DNA of 35,088 nt, from the IMG/VR virus record IMGVR_UViG_3300010362_000057, positions 1-35,088 of that record; one strand, given 5' to 3'. A program made the translations under genes and the position numbers. Below are positions 19,819 to 26,972 of this stretch, piece after piece. Positions within the stretch are counted from its first letter, which is position 1. Each line of letters begins with the position of its first letter. The notes beneath the pieces are model-generated. The model searched no databases. It was given only the letters and a program-made list of their open reading frames with translations, and was not told where the DNA came from. The stretch is from a virus. Lineage: Duplodnaviria; Caudoviricetes.

Positions 19819-20037
19819 TCAAGCTCCGAGTGCCGTCTTGCGCGTGAGGATGGTTGAGGCCGCCGGGCCGGCGTAGCCGGTGCGGCCTAGCGGCTGTCCC
19901 GTCGGTTGCTTGCCAAACATGGGGCCGGCGCGCTCGGGTGCCGGGGCAATGCCGCGCCGGTCCTCGCCTTGTAGGTTGGCGAAGTAGTCGCGCGCCCATT
20001 CCGGGGGCGGCTTCGGTGCGACGCCGGCGGCGCTCAT
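19819..20037 (-). CDS. Small pre-portal protein
   Basis: 72 aa ending ASTILTRKTALGA; ATGA overlap. Confidence 0.6.
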   Translation of the reverse strand: MSAAGVAPKPPPEWARDYFANLQGEDRRGIAPAPERAGPMFGKQPTGQPLGRTGYAGPAASTILTRKTALGA

Positions 20038-20225
20038 GAACCAAGCAATTCCTTTTTCGCTGTCGTTACCTCGGTCGTGTCGCCGAGTCCGCTCGTGAGA
20101 ATCGTTGACGCGCGACCGGCGGCGTTGGCGGCGGCCACTCGCTGCGCCTGGGCCGCGGCCTGAACGTTCGGGTCGGTGATCGAAGGAACCGGCGGCGGGT
20201 CGGGTTTCGAGAACATGGCCGTCAT
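20034..20225 (-). CDS. Small pre-portal virion protein (T7 gp7.3-like position)
   Basis: MFSKP.PPP...GRASTILT.GLG...K.LLG pattern typical of genes just upstream of portals in this group. Confidence 0.7.
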   Translation of the reverse strand: MTAMFSKPDPPPVPSITDPNVQAAAQAQRVAAANAAGRASTILTSGLGDTTEVTTAKKELLGS

Positions 20226-20229
20226 GGAG

Positions 20230-20451
20230 TCACCCTAGTTTCGGCGGCGGGTTGCTGTCGGGGAACCGCGGCAAGCTGTCGGGGAACGGCGGCTGCGGGC
20301 CGGTGCATGCGTCGATCTGCGCTTGCGTCAACGGCGTGTAGCCGTTCGCGGCATAGGTCGCGGCGAGGCAATCCTGTATCTCGCGCGTAAGGACGATTCC
20401 CCCGGTCACAAGGGCGAGGTAGTCGTAGTTCGGGTCGGGCGCGTTCGCCAC
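20230..20451 (-). CDS. Hypothetical protein (73 aa)
   Basis: GTG start overlaps the upstream TAG (TAGTG); trimmed from ORF 20230..20574. Confidence 0.55.
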   Translation of the reverse strand: MANAPDPNYDYLALVTGGIVLTREIQDCLAATYAANGYTPLTQAQIDACTGPQPPFPDSLPRFPDSNPPPKLG

Positions 20452-20717
20452 TAGCCGAGTCCGACAATGCCGGTCGCGGTCGTGCCGGCGGCGTCCACTC
20501 CCTGAATCGGGATGCGGTACACTTGGCCGGCTACCACGGTGAGGCTGACAACGGCGGCGGCGCGCAACGGGCAAATGGCGATGGTCCCGCCGGCGCCTAC
20601 CATGAACGCGGAAAACGGTCCTATCGGCGTGTTGTTCGCCGGGACAATCGGCGTCACGTTGAAAAAAACCTCGGCGATCTTGGAAAGGGCGCCGCCCTTC
20701 TGCGCGGTGTAGGGCAT
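20451..20717 (-). CDS. Head spike base protein, RcGTA Rcc01079-like
   Basis: 88 aa; FMVGAGGTIAI...VVAGQVYRIPIQGV.A.GTTATGIVGL matches my recollection of this family's C-terminal TGTTA..IVAL signature. Confidence 0.65.
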   Translation of the reverse strand: MPYTAQKGGALSKIAEVFFNVTPIVPANNTPIGPFSAFMVGAGGTIAICPLRAAAVVSLTVVAGQVYRIPIQGVDAAGTTATGIVGLG

Positions 20718-20719
20718 GG

Positions 20720-21079
20720 CTAGGGTGTCCTGATTTCGACTACGTTGGAACCAACAACCTCGTCTTTGACGCCGCCTTGCCACTTCTCGAAAAAGATTGT
20801 GAACGCGCCGGCATTGACGGAATCGACTATCCGCGGGCCGTTGTTGAGATTGCTGCCGGTGGTAATGAGCGTGTCGCCGGGGGCGAAACCGGGGAACGGC
20901 GCCGCGCTCGCCAGGACGGCGGAACCGGCCGCGGCGTTAAACGTCGCCGTCAAGCGGCCGGCCTGCTGCGGGAACCGCTTGCGCATGCCGCGGTCGGCGT
21001 TGGTCGCGCGCTCGATGAGGCGCGTACAACCGACGGTGCGGCGGAAGTTCTGCGGGACTCGGGTGCCAAAGGTCGGCAT
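20720..21079 (-). CDS. Hypothetical beta-rich protein (possible head fibre/decoration)
   Basis: AAGGAGG RBS; GF.PGD.L...GS..NNG motif common in phage structural proteins. Confidence 0.6.
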   Translation of the reverse strand: MPTFGTRVPQNFRRTVGCTRLIERATNADRGMRKRFPQQAGRLTATFNAAAGSAVLASAAPFPGFAPGDTLITTGSNLNNGPRIVDSVNAGAFTIFFEKWQGGVKDEVVGSNVVEIRTP

Positions 21080-21083
21080 TGCA

Positions 21084-21389
21084 TCATTCCTCCTTGGGCT
21101 GGTGTCGGCCGCACCATTCCGCGGCAAGCTTCAAGATTGTGGCCGGCGACTCGCGGCATGCGCCATGCGAGGCGCGCAAAGGCGGAAGCCAAAACCGACA
21201 ATTCCCGCAAGCCGGCGCGGTCGAATGAAAAATGACGGTTTGTCCGGCGGGGCCGTCGAGGGGACGCATGGCGGCGGCGTCGGCGGCGTCCGCGTCCTCG
21301 GCTTTCTTGACAACCTCCTCGATGGTCGGCGGCATGGCGACCGGGGGGGTGTCCGACTCGCGTTTCGCGAATAGCCGAGTCCGCGCCAT
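21084..21389 (-). CDS. Cys-rich metal-binding hypothetical protein
   Basis: CGNCRFW...GACR...WCG.H four-Cys pattern. Confidence 0.65.
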   Translation of the reverse strand: MARTRLFAKRESDTPPVAMPPTIEEVVKKAEDADAADAAAMRPLDGPAGQTVIFHSTAPACGNCRFWLPPLRASHGACRESPATILKLAAEWCGRHQPKEE

Positions 21390-21392
21390 TTG

Positions 21393-21641
21393 CTAGGTGT
21401 CCCCGCTCCCCTTAGCAACAAGCGGCCACGGTGCGCTCGGTGACGGATTCGTTGCAACGGCGCGGATGTTAACTTTGGAAACTTTCGCCCCTGCCTCGTT
21501 CTCGTATTTGCGCAATTGTTGGCGCGTGAGGCTGTGGCGGCGCTCCAAAACTTTCCAGGGGATGCCCGCGGCGCGCGCGTCGAGAACGTCGCGCCCGATC
21601 TCAAGCCGCTCGCGCGGCGAGTGCCAGCGCCATCCCCTCAT
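21393..21641 (-). CDS. Small HTH-like protein
   Basis: ATGA overlap with the terL stop; AGIPWKVLERRHSLTRQQLRKY looks like an HTH. Confidence 0.55.
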   Translation of the reverse strand: MRGWRWHSPRERLEIGRDVLDARAAGIPWKVLERRHSLTRQQLRKYENEAGAKVSKVNIRAVATNPSPSAPWPLVAKGSGDT

Positions 21642-23125
21642 GAGAATAGCTTTGAAAAGGGGTCGTAGTAGGGCGCCTCGCGCGGCATGGCGAGGGCCTC
21701 GTCGGCCCATCGCTTGCGGTCGCCTAGGTCGGCGTCCTCGCCGCCGCCGCTGAGGGCGTACTGTAGGGCGTCGTGCGGGTGGCTGTATTCGTTCTTTTCG
21801 GCCGACTCGTCGAACCGCGGCCGGCCTGGGATTCGTAGCTGGCGGAATCGGTAGGTGCTGTTGAATCCCTTGCGTAGCAACGTGCAATTCGGACTGAGCA
21901 AAAAGCCGGGCGTCCCGCTGTCCACAAAGCGCATGAGCGGCCGGCGAACGGCCTCCCATCGGGCAATCGGCGCGTTCGTCGGCGCCGGCCAAATGTTGAG
22001 GCCGCTGCGGGCGCTGACAATCTCAATCCATGTCTGCTCGCCGGCGTCTTTGTCGGCGCCGTAGCTCGCGCTCGGGTCGGCCCATGCCGTGACAAAGCGC
22101 CACTCGTGGTAACGCTCGCGCATGATCTGGCCGATGCGTTCGCCGAATCGCGTGGCGCCGGTCCCCTGCTCGCCGACGATCTCCTCGTAGACTCGCCATT
22201 GGCCGCTCGGTAGGTGCTGCGTCACAACGGCGGCCGGCGATAGGCCGGCGTCGAAACCAAAGATGAGCGGCATGCCAGGGACGGGCAAAAGGCGCTGCGG
22301 CGCTACATGAATCGCGTCGCTGAATTCGGGATAGATGGGCTTGCCGTCGCGCGCGAAACCAAACTCGTTGAGGATGAACCGGCGCACCCACCATGCGGGT
22401 TGATTCCGTTCCTGCTCGGCGTAGTAGTCCTCGGGCAAGTTGGCGATGTTCTCGGCGCGCGAATCTCGCGCCGACGGCTGGCGGAAAAAGGAAACGTCGT
22501 CGGGCGAAACCGGGTTGCCGTCGCGGTCGCGGGCCTCAACGATTCGGTGGTAAACCCAATTCTCAACGTCGGGCGCGTTGAAATCCATGAGGATGCCCCA
22601 CCATGACGGGCCGCCATGCGCCATGTCGGGGAAGCGGCCGGCGCGGCTCCGCGCGTGGGTGTAAACGTCCTCCTCCATTAAGTCGGCCTCGTTCAAGTAG
22701 AACGCGGTCGGCTCGTAGCCTCTCATGGCCTCCTCGGCGCGTTGGTCGCCGATGGCGATAAAGTCGAGGATGAGAACGGCGCGCGTCCCGTCCGGCAAAT
22801 TGAAATACATGGTCGCCTGGGCGGGGTCGCCAAAGCCGCCGCTCCAATCGCCGGTGTCCTTCGGCATAAGCTTGAACCATGAGGGGATGGTGGTATCCCA
22901 AAGCTTGCGGTAGGTGTCGCGCACAACGCAGCATTTGAAATAGCGGATGCCGTCGAGGGGCGATGGCCGTTGAGCGGCGGCGAGGCGGATAAGCTTTGTG
23001 AATACTGTCCTCGTCTTGCCGCTGCCTATCGGTCCCATGATGGCGGCGGTGCGCGCCGCTGAGTTCATGAACGCCGACGCGACCGGGCCGGGCGATTTCC
23101 AAAACCGATGTAGGGCCTCGGTCAT
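21638..23125 (-). CDS. terL: Terminase large subunit
   Basis: Walker A GPIGSGKT, Walker B-like FYLNEA, coupling motif MDFNAP, nuclease GFDAG and C-terminal HPHDALQY; start trimmed to MTEALH (ATGA overlap). Confidence 0.92.
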   Translation of the reverse strand: MTEALHRFWKSPGPVASAFMNSAARTAAIMGPIGSGKTRTVFTKLIRLAAAQRPSPLDGIRYFKCCVVRDTYRKLWDTTIPSWFKLMPKDTGDWSGGFGDPAQATMYFNLPDGTRAVLILDFIAIGDQRAEEAMRGYEPTAFYLNEADLMEEDVYTHARSRAGRFPDMAHGGPSWWGILMDFNAPDVENWVYHRIVEARDRDGNPVSPDDVSFFRQPSARDSRAENIANLPEDYYAEQERNQPAWWVRRFILNEFGFARDGKPIYPEFSDAIHVAPQRLLPVPGMPLIFGFDAGLSPAAVVTQHLPSGQWRVYEEIVGEQGTGATRFGERIGQIMRERYHEWRFVTAWADPSASYGADKDAGEQTWIEIVSARSGLNIWPAPTNAPIARWEAVRRPLMRFVDSGTPGFLLSPNCTLLRKGFNSTYRFRQLRIPGRPRFDESAEKNEYSHPHDALQYALSGGGEDADLGDRKRWADEALAMPREAPYYDPFSKLFS

Positions 23126-23694
23126 AAGAGGCCGCCTTGCCAGGGGCCTTTGTGGGCCTTGTCCCAAATGAACCATGCCGAGTCGATCATGGTCTTACCG
23201 TCGCCCGGCTCGGGGAGTCGGCCGCGCTGCATCTGCAATCGGCCGCTGAACACTAGGACGCGCGCCAGCGGCGTCCGCTCGATGAATTGCTTTCGCTTGG
23301 CGCCGGCAATCCAGCCTAGGCGCAAGAGCATGGCTACCTTGCGCGACGCGCGGTTGAGCGCATGCCAAACGAATTCGTCGGCGAATTTGTAGGGCGGGTT
23401 GGTGACTATGTTCTCGGCGGTCGTCTGGTAGTCGAGTAGGAAATCAACGCCGGGCGTCCCGTACCCTCGGGCGATCAAATCGGTTGCGGTCACGGCGTAG
23501 CCGGCCTCGGTGAGAACCTTGGCGATGTCGCCGGCGCCGCAAGCCGGCTCCCATATGTCACCCTCGAATTTCTCGCCGTGGGCCTCCAGCCACGCCAGTA
23601 GGCGCAAGGTTCCCTCGGGCGGCGTCGGTGTGAAGTCGTCGCGCTCGCGCGCGCGCCGATCTGTGGCGATGCCGCGGGCGAACGGCGAGGTCAA
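23122..23694 (-). CDS. Orphan amino-DNA methyltransferase (probably N6-adenine)
   Basis: Motif I WEPACGAG, motif IV IVTNPPY, N-terminal DF.PTP and C-terminal AWFIW; TTG start overlaps the upstream TGA. Confidence 0.85.
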   Translation of the reverse strand: MTSPFARGIATDRRARERDDFTPTPPEGTLRLLAWLEAHGEKFEGDIWEPACGAGDIAKVLTEAGYAVTATDLIARGYGTPGVDFLLDYQTTAENIVTNPPYKFADEFVWHALNRASRKVAMLLRLGWIAGAKRKQFIERTPLARVLVFSGRLQMQRGRLPEPGDGKTMIDSAWFIWDKAHKGPWQGGLL

Positions 23695-23993
23695 CCGTCG
23701 CCCCTCACGGCCGGCGTGTCCTGCAAGCGACGCAAGAGGGCGGCCATCTGCATCATCGTCGGGTTGGCGAACCATAGCCAACCGCGCTCGTCGCCGTGGC
23801 GCGCGCGCGCCGCCTTCTTCTCGTTGAGGCCGGCGATGGCGAAGCTCGCCCGGCAATGGCGCTCGTGATCCGCGACAAGCTCGGCGGCGAGGCTCACAAG
23901 CTCGGCGAGGTCGCCGGCGAGGGCGCGCGTCGATTCCGGTGTCTGCGGCGGTAGGTGGCGGACCATCCCCGCCCCACTTTTCGCTCGGCTCAT
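23691..23993 (-). CDS. Hypothetical protein (100 aa)
   Basis: GGAGG RBS; coupled to the MTase gene. Confidence 0.55.
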   Translation of the reverse strand: MSRAKSGAGMVRHLPPQTPESTRALAGDLAELVSLAAELVADHERHCRASFAIAGLNEKKAARARHGDERGWLWFANPTMMQMAALLRRLQDTPAVRGDG

Positions 23994-24214
23994 CCCGCGC
24001 CCTCCCCCATCGGTCGAGTCAATCGTTCGGCGGTGCCTCGAAATCTCCCGTAGGTGCTTATCCGGTCACGGCGAGGCGCAGCCTTGCGGGAGTGGGCCGG
24101 AAAACCGGGGGCCGGGGTCGCGCGGGGGAAAGCATGCTTAGGCCGCGGGTGGCGCGCGCGGCCGGCCATGTAGGGGACTCTAAGTCCTCGCTTGGCGCGC
24201 GGATTGTGCCTATG

Positions 24215-24290
24215 TGTCAATGGCTTAGCCATCACGTTCCACCTTGGCGCGTTCCACCTTGTCGGGCGCCGGTGCGCTAAGCCTTTGATT
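24215..24290. promoter_or_regulatory. Inverted IHF-like sites flanking a 12-bp direct repeat (candidate packaging site)
   Basis: TGTCAATGGCTTA 24215-24227; CGTTCCACCTTG at 24235 and 24250; TAAGCCTTTGATT 24278-24290, an exact WATCAANNNNTTR on the minus strand. Confidence 0.45.
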
Positions 24291-24794
24291 TGGCGGGATA
24301 ACCTCAACGGGTATCACAATCGAGTCGCCGGGGGTGGCGGGGGCGGCCTCGGTCGCCTCGATGGTGAGGTAAACCACCTTGCGCTCGGTGAGGTTGACGG
24401 CGAGGGGTTGGCGTTGGTGTAGGAATGGGGCGAGGGCAATGGCCGCGTGGCGCTTTTCCTGCATCGCCTCAAGCTTTGTGCAGGCCAGTTGCGATGTGAG
24501 GTCGTCGACTCGCGCAACGGCGATCTGCGCTAGAACCTCAAGCGGCGACGCATAGCGGGCGAGGATGTAGTCGCACCATGCCTCGGTTCGGCGGTTCCTG
24601 CTGCCGGGCGGGCGGCCGGGGCGCCGGGCGCCGGCGGGGTCGGCGCCGGGCGCCGGCGAGGTCGGCGCCGGCCTGGGCGGCATGCCTAGCAAGTCCTCAA
24701 GGTCGATCTGCTCGGCCTGCTCGGCGCCGGGCGGCGCGTCGAGGCGGTCGAGGACGGTTTCAACGGCGGTTTTCAGGCCGCGTTCGGTACTCAT
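24225..24794 (-). CDS. terS: Probable terminase small subunit
   Basis: GRPPGSRNRRT followed by SPLEVL...AA.ALAP.LH...P; first gene of the late cluster, upstream of terL. Confidence 0.7.
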   Translation of the reverse strand: MSTERGLKTAVETVLDRLDAPPGAEQAEQIDLEDLLGMPPRPAPTSPAPGADPAGARRPGRPPGSRNRRTEAWCDYILARYASPLEVLAQIAVARVDDLTSQLACTKLEAMQEKRHAAIALAPFLHQRQPLAVNLTERKVVYLTIEATEAAPATPGDSIVIPVEVIPPNQRLSAPAPDKVERAKVERDG

Positions 24795-24819
24795 GCGAGT
24801 TTATCCCTATTATTCAATG

Positions 24820-25070
24820 CCTCACGGAACCTCACTTAATCTGTGATATGCGCCATAGCGTGTAAGCCATTGGCGCGCCAAGCCTTTCATAGCTAACCTC
24901 ACAATCTCACAATCTCACAAGGGATGGGGCTAATGCGCGCGCGGGCGCGGCGCGCGGGCGCGCGCGCATATGTGTAAAAGTCGCGTGAGGTCGTGAGATT
25001 GTGAGGTCGGGCCGGAATCAACGGCTTAGGGATGGGGCGGGGGTGAGGGGCTGTGAGGTCGCGTGAGGTA
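24820..25070. repeat. Inverted 8-bp iteron arrays (RAYCTCAC) around a GC-rich core; probable replication origin
   Basis: CTCAC units at 24820, 24828, 24895, 24903 and 24911; inverted GTGAG units at 24985, 24993, 25001, 25043, 25053 and 25063; IHF consensus AATCAACGGCTTA at 25016-25028. Confidence 0.65.
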
Positions 25071-25132
25071 GCGACTCGGTCGCTGTGATCCTGGCGCGCG
25101 GCTGCGGCCATCCCTACTCCCCGTTTCGCGCG

Positions 25133-25162
25133 ACTATTTGCCGTTCTGGCGAATATTGCAAG
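25133..25162 (-). promoter_or_regulatory. Leftward promoter with operator TTTGCC-GTTCT-GGCGAA (25137-25153)
   Basis: Minus strand TTGCAA-N17-AATAGT, with the operator between the -35 and -10 elements. Confidence 0.55.
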
Positions 25163-25223
25163 AGGGCGAACAAGCCGGCCGGCGAGGGCGCCGCGGCCGG
25201 CCGGCCGGCCGTTAACCGTGAAT

Positions 25224-25300
25224 AATGCCAATGGTTGTCATTTTTCTGTGGATAACTCGGCTTTGCCCTCTTGACAGAATACCAATGGTTGTTACATAAG
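25224..25300 (+). promoter_or_regulatory. Rightward promoter of the small-ORF operon with two AATR-N-CAATGGTTG operators and a DnaA box
   Basis: TTGACA 25271-25276 with TACATA/CATAAG downstream; operators at 25224-25242 and 25278-25296; TGTGGATAA 25247-25255 is a perfect DnaA box. Confidence 0.65.
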
Positions 25301-25335
25301 CGGCACGGCACTTTTTGCCTGAAAGGGAAAATCCA

Positions 25336-25524
25336 ATGTCGCGCTTTACTGCTGATGAGGCTTTCGAGGCCGCGGATTGCGGCGAACCGATTGAGTTTGA
25401 ACCGGCCGCGGCGGTGCGCTGCGTCCAGTCTCACGGCGTTACCTGGGGCGAGTGGGAGTCCGATTGCGAGGACAAGACTCGCCTCTATCACGCCGACGCG
25501 ATTCTCGCGTGGCTCGGCTACTAA
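25336..25524 (+). CDS. Hypothetical early protein (62 aa, acidic)
   Basis: AAGGGA RBS; MSRFTADE...ILAWLGY. Confidence 0.7.
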   Translation: MSRFTADEAFEAADCGEPIEFEPAAAVRCVQSHGVTWGEWESDCEDKTRLYHADAILAWLGY

Positions 25525-25547
25525 CCCTAAGAACGGAGTCCTAACCT

Positions 25548-25799
25548 ATGATCCTTTTTTTCCTCGATGCGGCCGGCGGCTTCACTTGCGGCGATACGGT
25601 CGCCGGCGTCGCTGAGTACGCTTATCCCTCGTCGATCTATGCGACGCTTGCCAAGCGGGAACCGGCCATCGCCGCGCGCGCGATGATTGCTAAGGCGATG
25701 GCGCGCGCGTCGCTGCCGGAGTCGCTTCGGCCGTCGGTCGCCGCGCGCGACTCGGCGTGGTTGGCGATGCTCGCTCGTGAGGGCGTGGCCGCGGACTAG
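25548..25799 (+). CDS. Hypothetical early protein (83 aa)
   Basis: GGAG RBS; its stop abuts hammerhead 1. Confidence 0.7.
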   Translation: MILFFLDAAGGFTCGDTVAGVAEYAYPSSIYATLAKREPAIAARAMIAKAMARASLPESLRPSVAARDSAWLAMLAREGVAAD

Positions 25800-25870
25800 G
25801 CCGAAAGGCGCCTCGGGCGCCTCCCGCGTCGATGCCGGCTATGGCGTGGCTGATGATGGCTCGCCGGCGA
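25799..25870 (+). ncRNA. Type II hammerhead ribozyme 1 with pseudoknot
   Basis: GGCC-GAAA-GGCGCC(UCG)GGCGCC-UC|CCGCGUC(GAUGCCGGCUAU)GGCGUGG-CUGAUGA-U-GGCU-C-GCCGGC. Full core, three stems, predicted cut after C25823. Confidence 0.9.
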
Positions 25871-25900
25871 AACCAACAAACCAAGCAAAGGACTCCAATC

Positions 25901-26047
25901 ATGTCGCGTAAGGATTTCATCGTAATTGCTGCGGCGCTCAAGGCGGCCTCGGCGTCTCTGTCGATCTGCGAGACTATGGCTAACCATCTGGCGACAACGA
26001 ATCGCGCCTTTGATCGGGCGCGGTTCCTGTCGGCCTGCGGTCACTGA
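25901..26047 (+). CDS. Hypothetical protein (48 aa)
   Basis: MSRKDFIVIAAAL...N.AFDR.RFL.ACG, a pattern I recognise from small phage proteins; AAAGGA RBS. Confidence 0.75.
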   Translation: MSRKDFIVIAAALKAASASLSICETMANHLATTNRAFDRARFLSACGH

Positions 26048-26063
26048 GGGGGGGGCGCGGTCG

Positions 26064-26321
26064 ATGTCTACTGAATTCAAGCTCATTCGGGCGAAGTTCG
26101 CCGGCAAGTGCGCTTGCTGCGGCCGGCGCGTTTACCGCGGCGAGTCCGTGGTCTGGAACATGGTGGCGCGCGCGGTCTCGCATGTCGCGTGTCACGGTGC
26201 GAAGTTTGGCAACGTGTCGGCGACGGTCGCCGGCGTCGATCACGGCGCTAACGACTATGCCGGCGACGGCCTCGACTCCCGCTATGAGGATGATTGCGCG
26301 CGGGCCTGCGGGCTGCTGTAG
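26064..26321 (+). CDS. Zn-finger-like hypothetical protein (85 aa)
   Basis: AKFAGKCACCG..V..G......H..C motif; GAGGGG RBS; start trimmed to MSTEFK. Confidence 0.7.
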   Translation: MSTEFKLIRAKFAGKCACCGRRVYRGESVVWNMVARAVSHVACHGAKFGNVSATVAGVDHGANDYAGDGLDSRYEDDCARACGLL

Positions 26322-26324
26322 TTC

Positions 26325-26407
26325 GCCGAAAGGCAACGGGCGCGCGGCGCTCGTTGCCTCCTGCGTCGATGCCGGCTATGGCGTGGCTGATGATGGCTCG
26401 CCGGCGA
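26325..26407 (+). ncRNA. Type II hammerhead ribozyme 2 with pseudoknot
   Basis: GCC-GAAA-GGCAACGGGCGC(GCG)GCGCUCGUUGCC-UC|CUGCGUC(GAUGCCGGCUAU)GGCGUGG-CUGAUGA-U-GGC-UC-GCCGGC; predicted cut after C26360. Confidence 0.9.
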
Positions 26408-26426
26408 TCTCAACAAGGAGTCTCTT

Positions 26427-26972
26427 ATGCAAATCGTCTCAATCGGAAAGCGGGGCGGCAAAGCCTCGCTGTTTACGGGCGGGGCCGTTCTCGGCCTCGT
26501 CCGTGTTGCTGATGGCGTGAATGAGTTTCCCGGCGTGTGGCTTGAATTGCCGCGGGATGAGCGCCACGGCGATAAGAAATTCTGCGTCGTGTTCTCGCTC
26601 GATGAGGCGCGGCGCCTCTGCTCGGCGTTGCCTGGGTTCCTCGATGCCGCGGCGAAGTCCTCGGCGTTGACGTTCGGCGGGTCTCTCGCCGGCGCGCGCA
26701 AGGTCGAGGTCGGCGAGGTCGGGCATACTTCGGTGAGTGGCGGGCAACGGGCGGAAGTCCAGACTCGCGACGGGCTTGTTATCGGCCATATGCGGCGCGC
26801 CAGCATGCCGGGCGATATGGGCGATCTCTACAGCGTCGATCTCGTCGCCAGCGATGCCGGGCCTTCTAAAGCAATCGGCGGGGCGTCTAGTGCGGCGCGC
26901 GCGGTCGCAATGCTCGTCGAGGCTTGGAATGAGCGGCTAGACAAGTTTGCGGCGTCGGGGGTGCGGTCGTGA
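26427..26972 (+). CDS. Hypothetical protein (181 aa)
   Basis: AAGGAG RBS directly after hammerhead 2. Confidence 0.7.
   Translation: MQIVSIGKRGGKASLFTGGAVLGLVRVADGVNEFPGVWLELPRDERHGDKKFCVVFSLDEARRLCSALPGFLDAAAKSSALTFGGSLAGARKVEVGEVGHTSVSGGQRAEVQTRDGLVIGHMRRASMPGDMGDLYSVDLVASDAGPSKAIGGASSAARAVAMLVEAWNERLDKFAASGVRS

Noticed and set aside
24820-25070. Repeats read as a CRISPR array
   Set aside because: Units are 8 bp, partly inverted, with no unique spacers and no cas genes.
25212-25226. Possible CtrA box (TTAA-N7-TAAT)
   Set aside because: Only one half-site matches TTAA-N7-TTAA; too weak to call.
25317-25361. GCCT-GAAA ... CTGATGA-GGC resembling a third hammerhead
   Set aside because: No stem III closing onto a UH site and no convincing stem I; it overlaps an RBS and coding start.
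24899-25491. ORFs 24899..25231 and 25114..25491 on the minus strand
   Set aside because: They run across iterons, operators and promoters, and the translations look non-coding.
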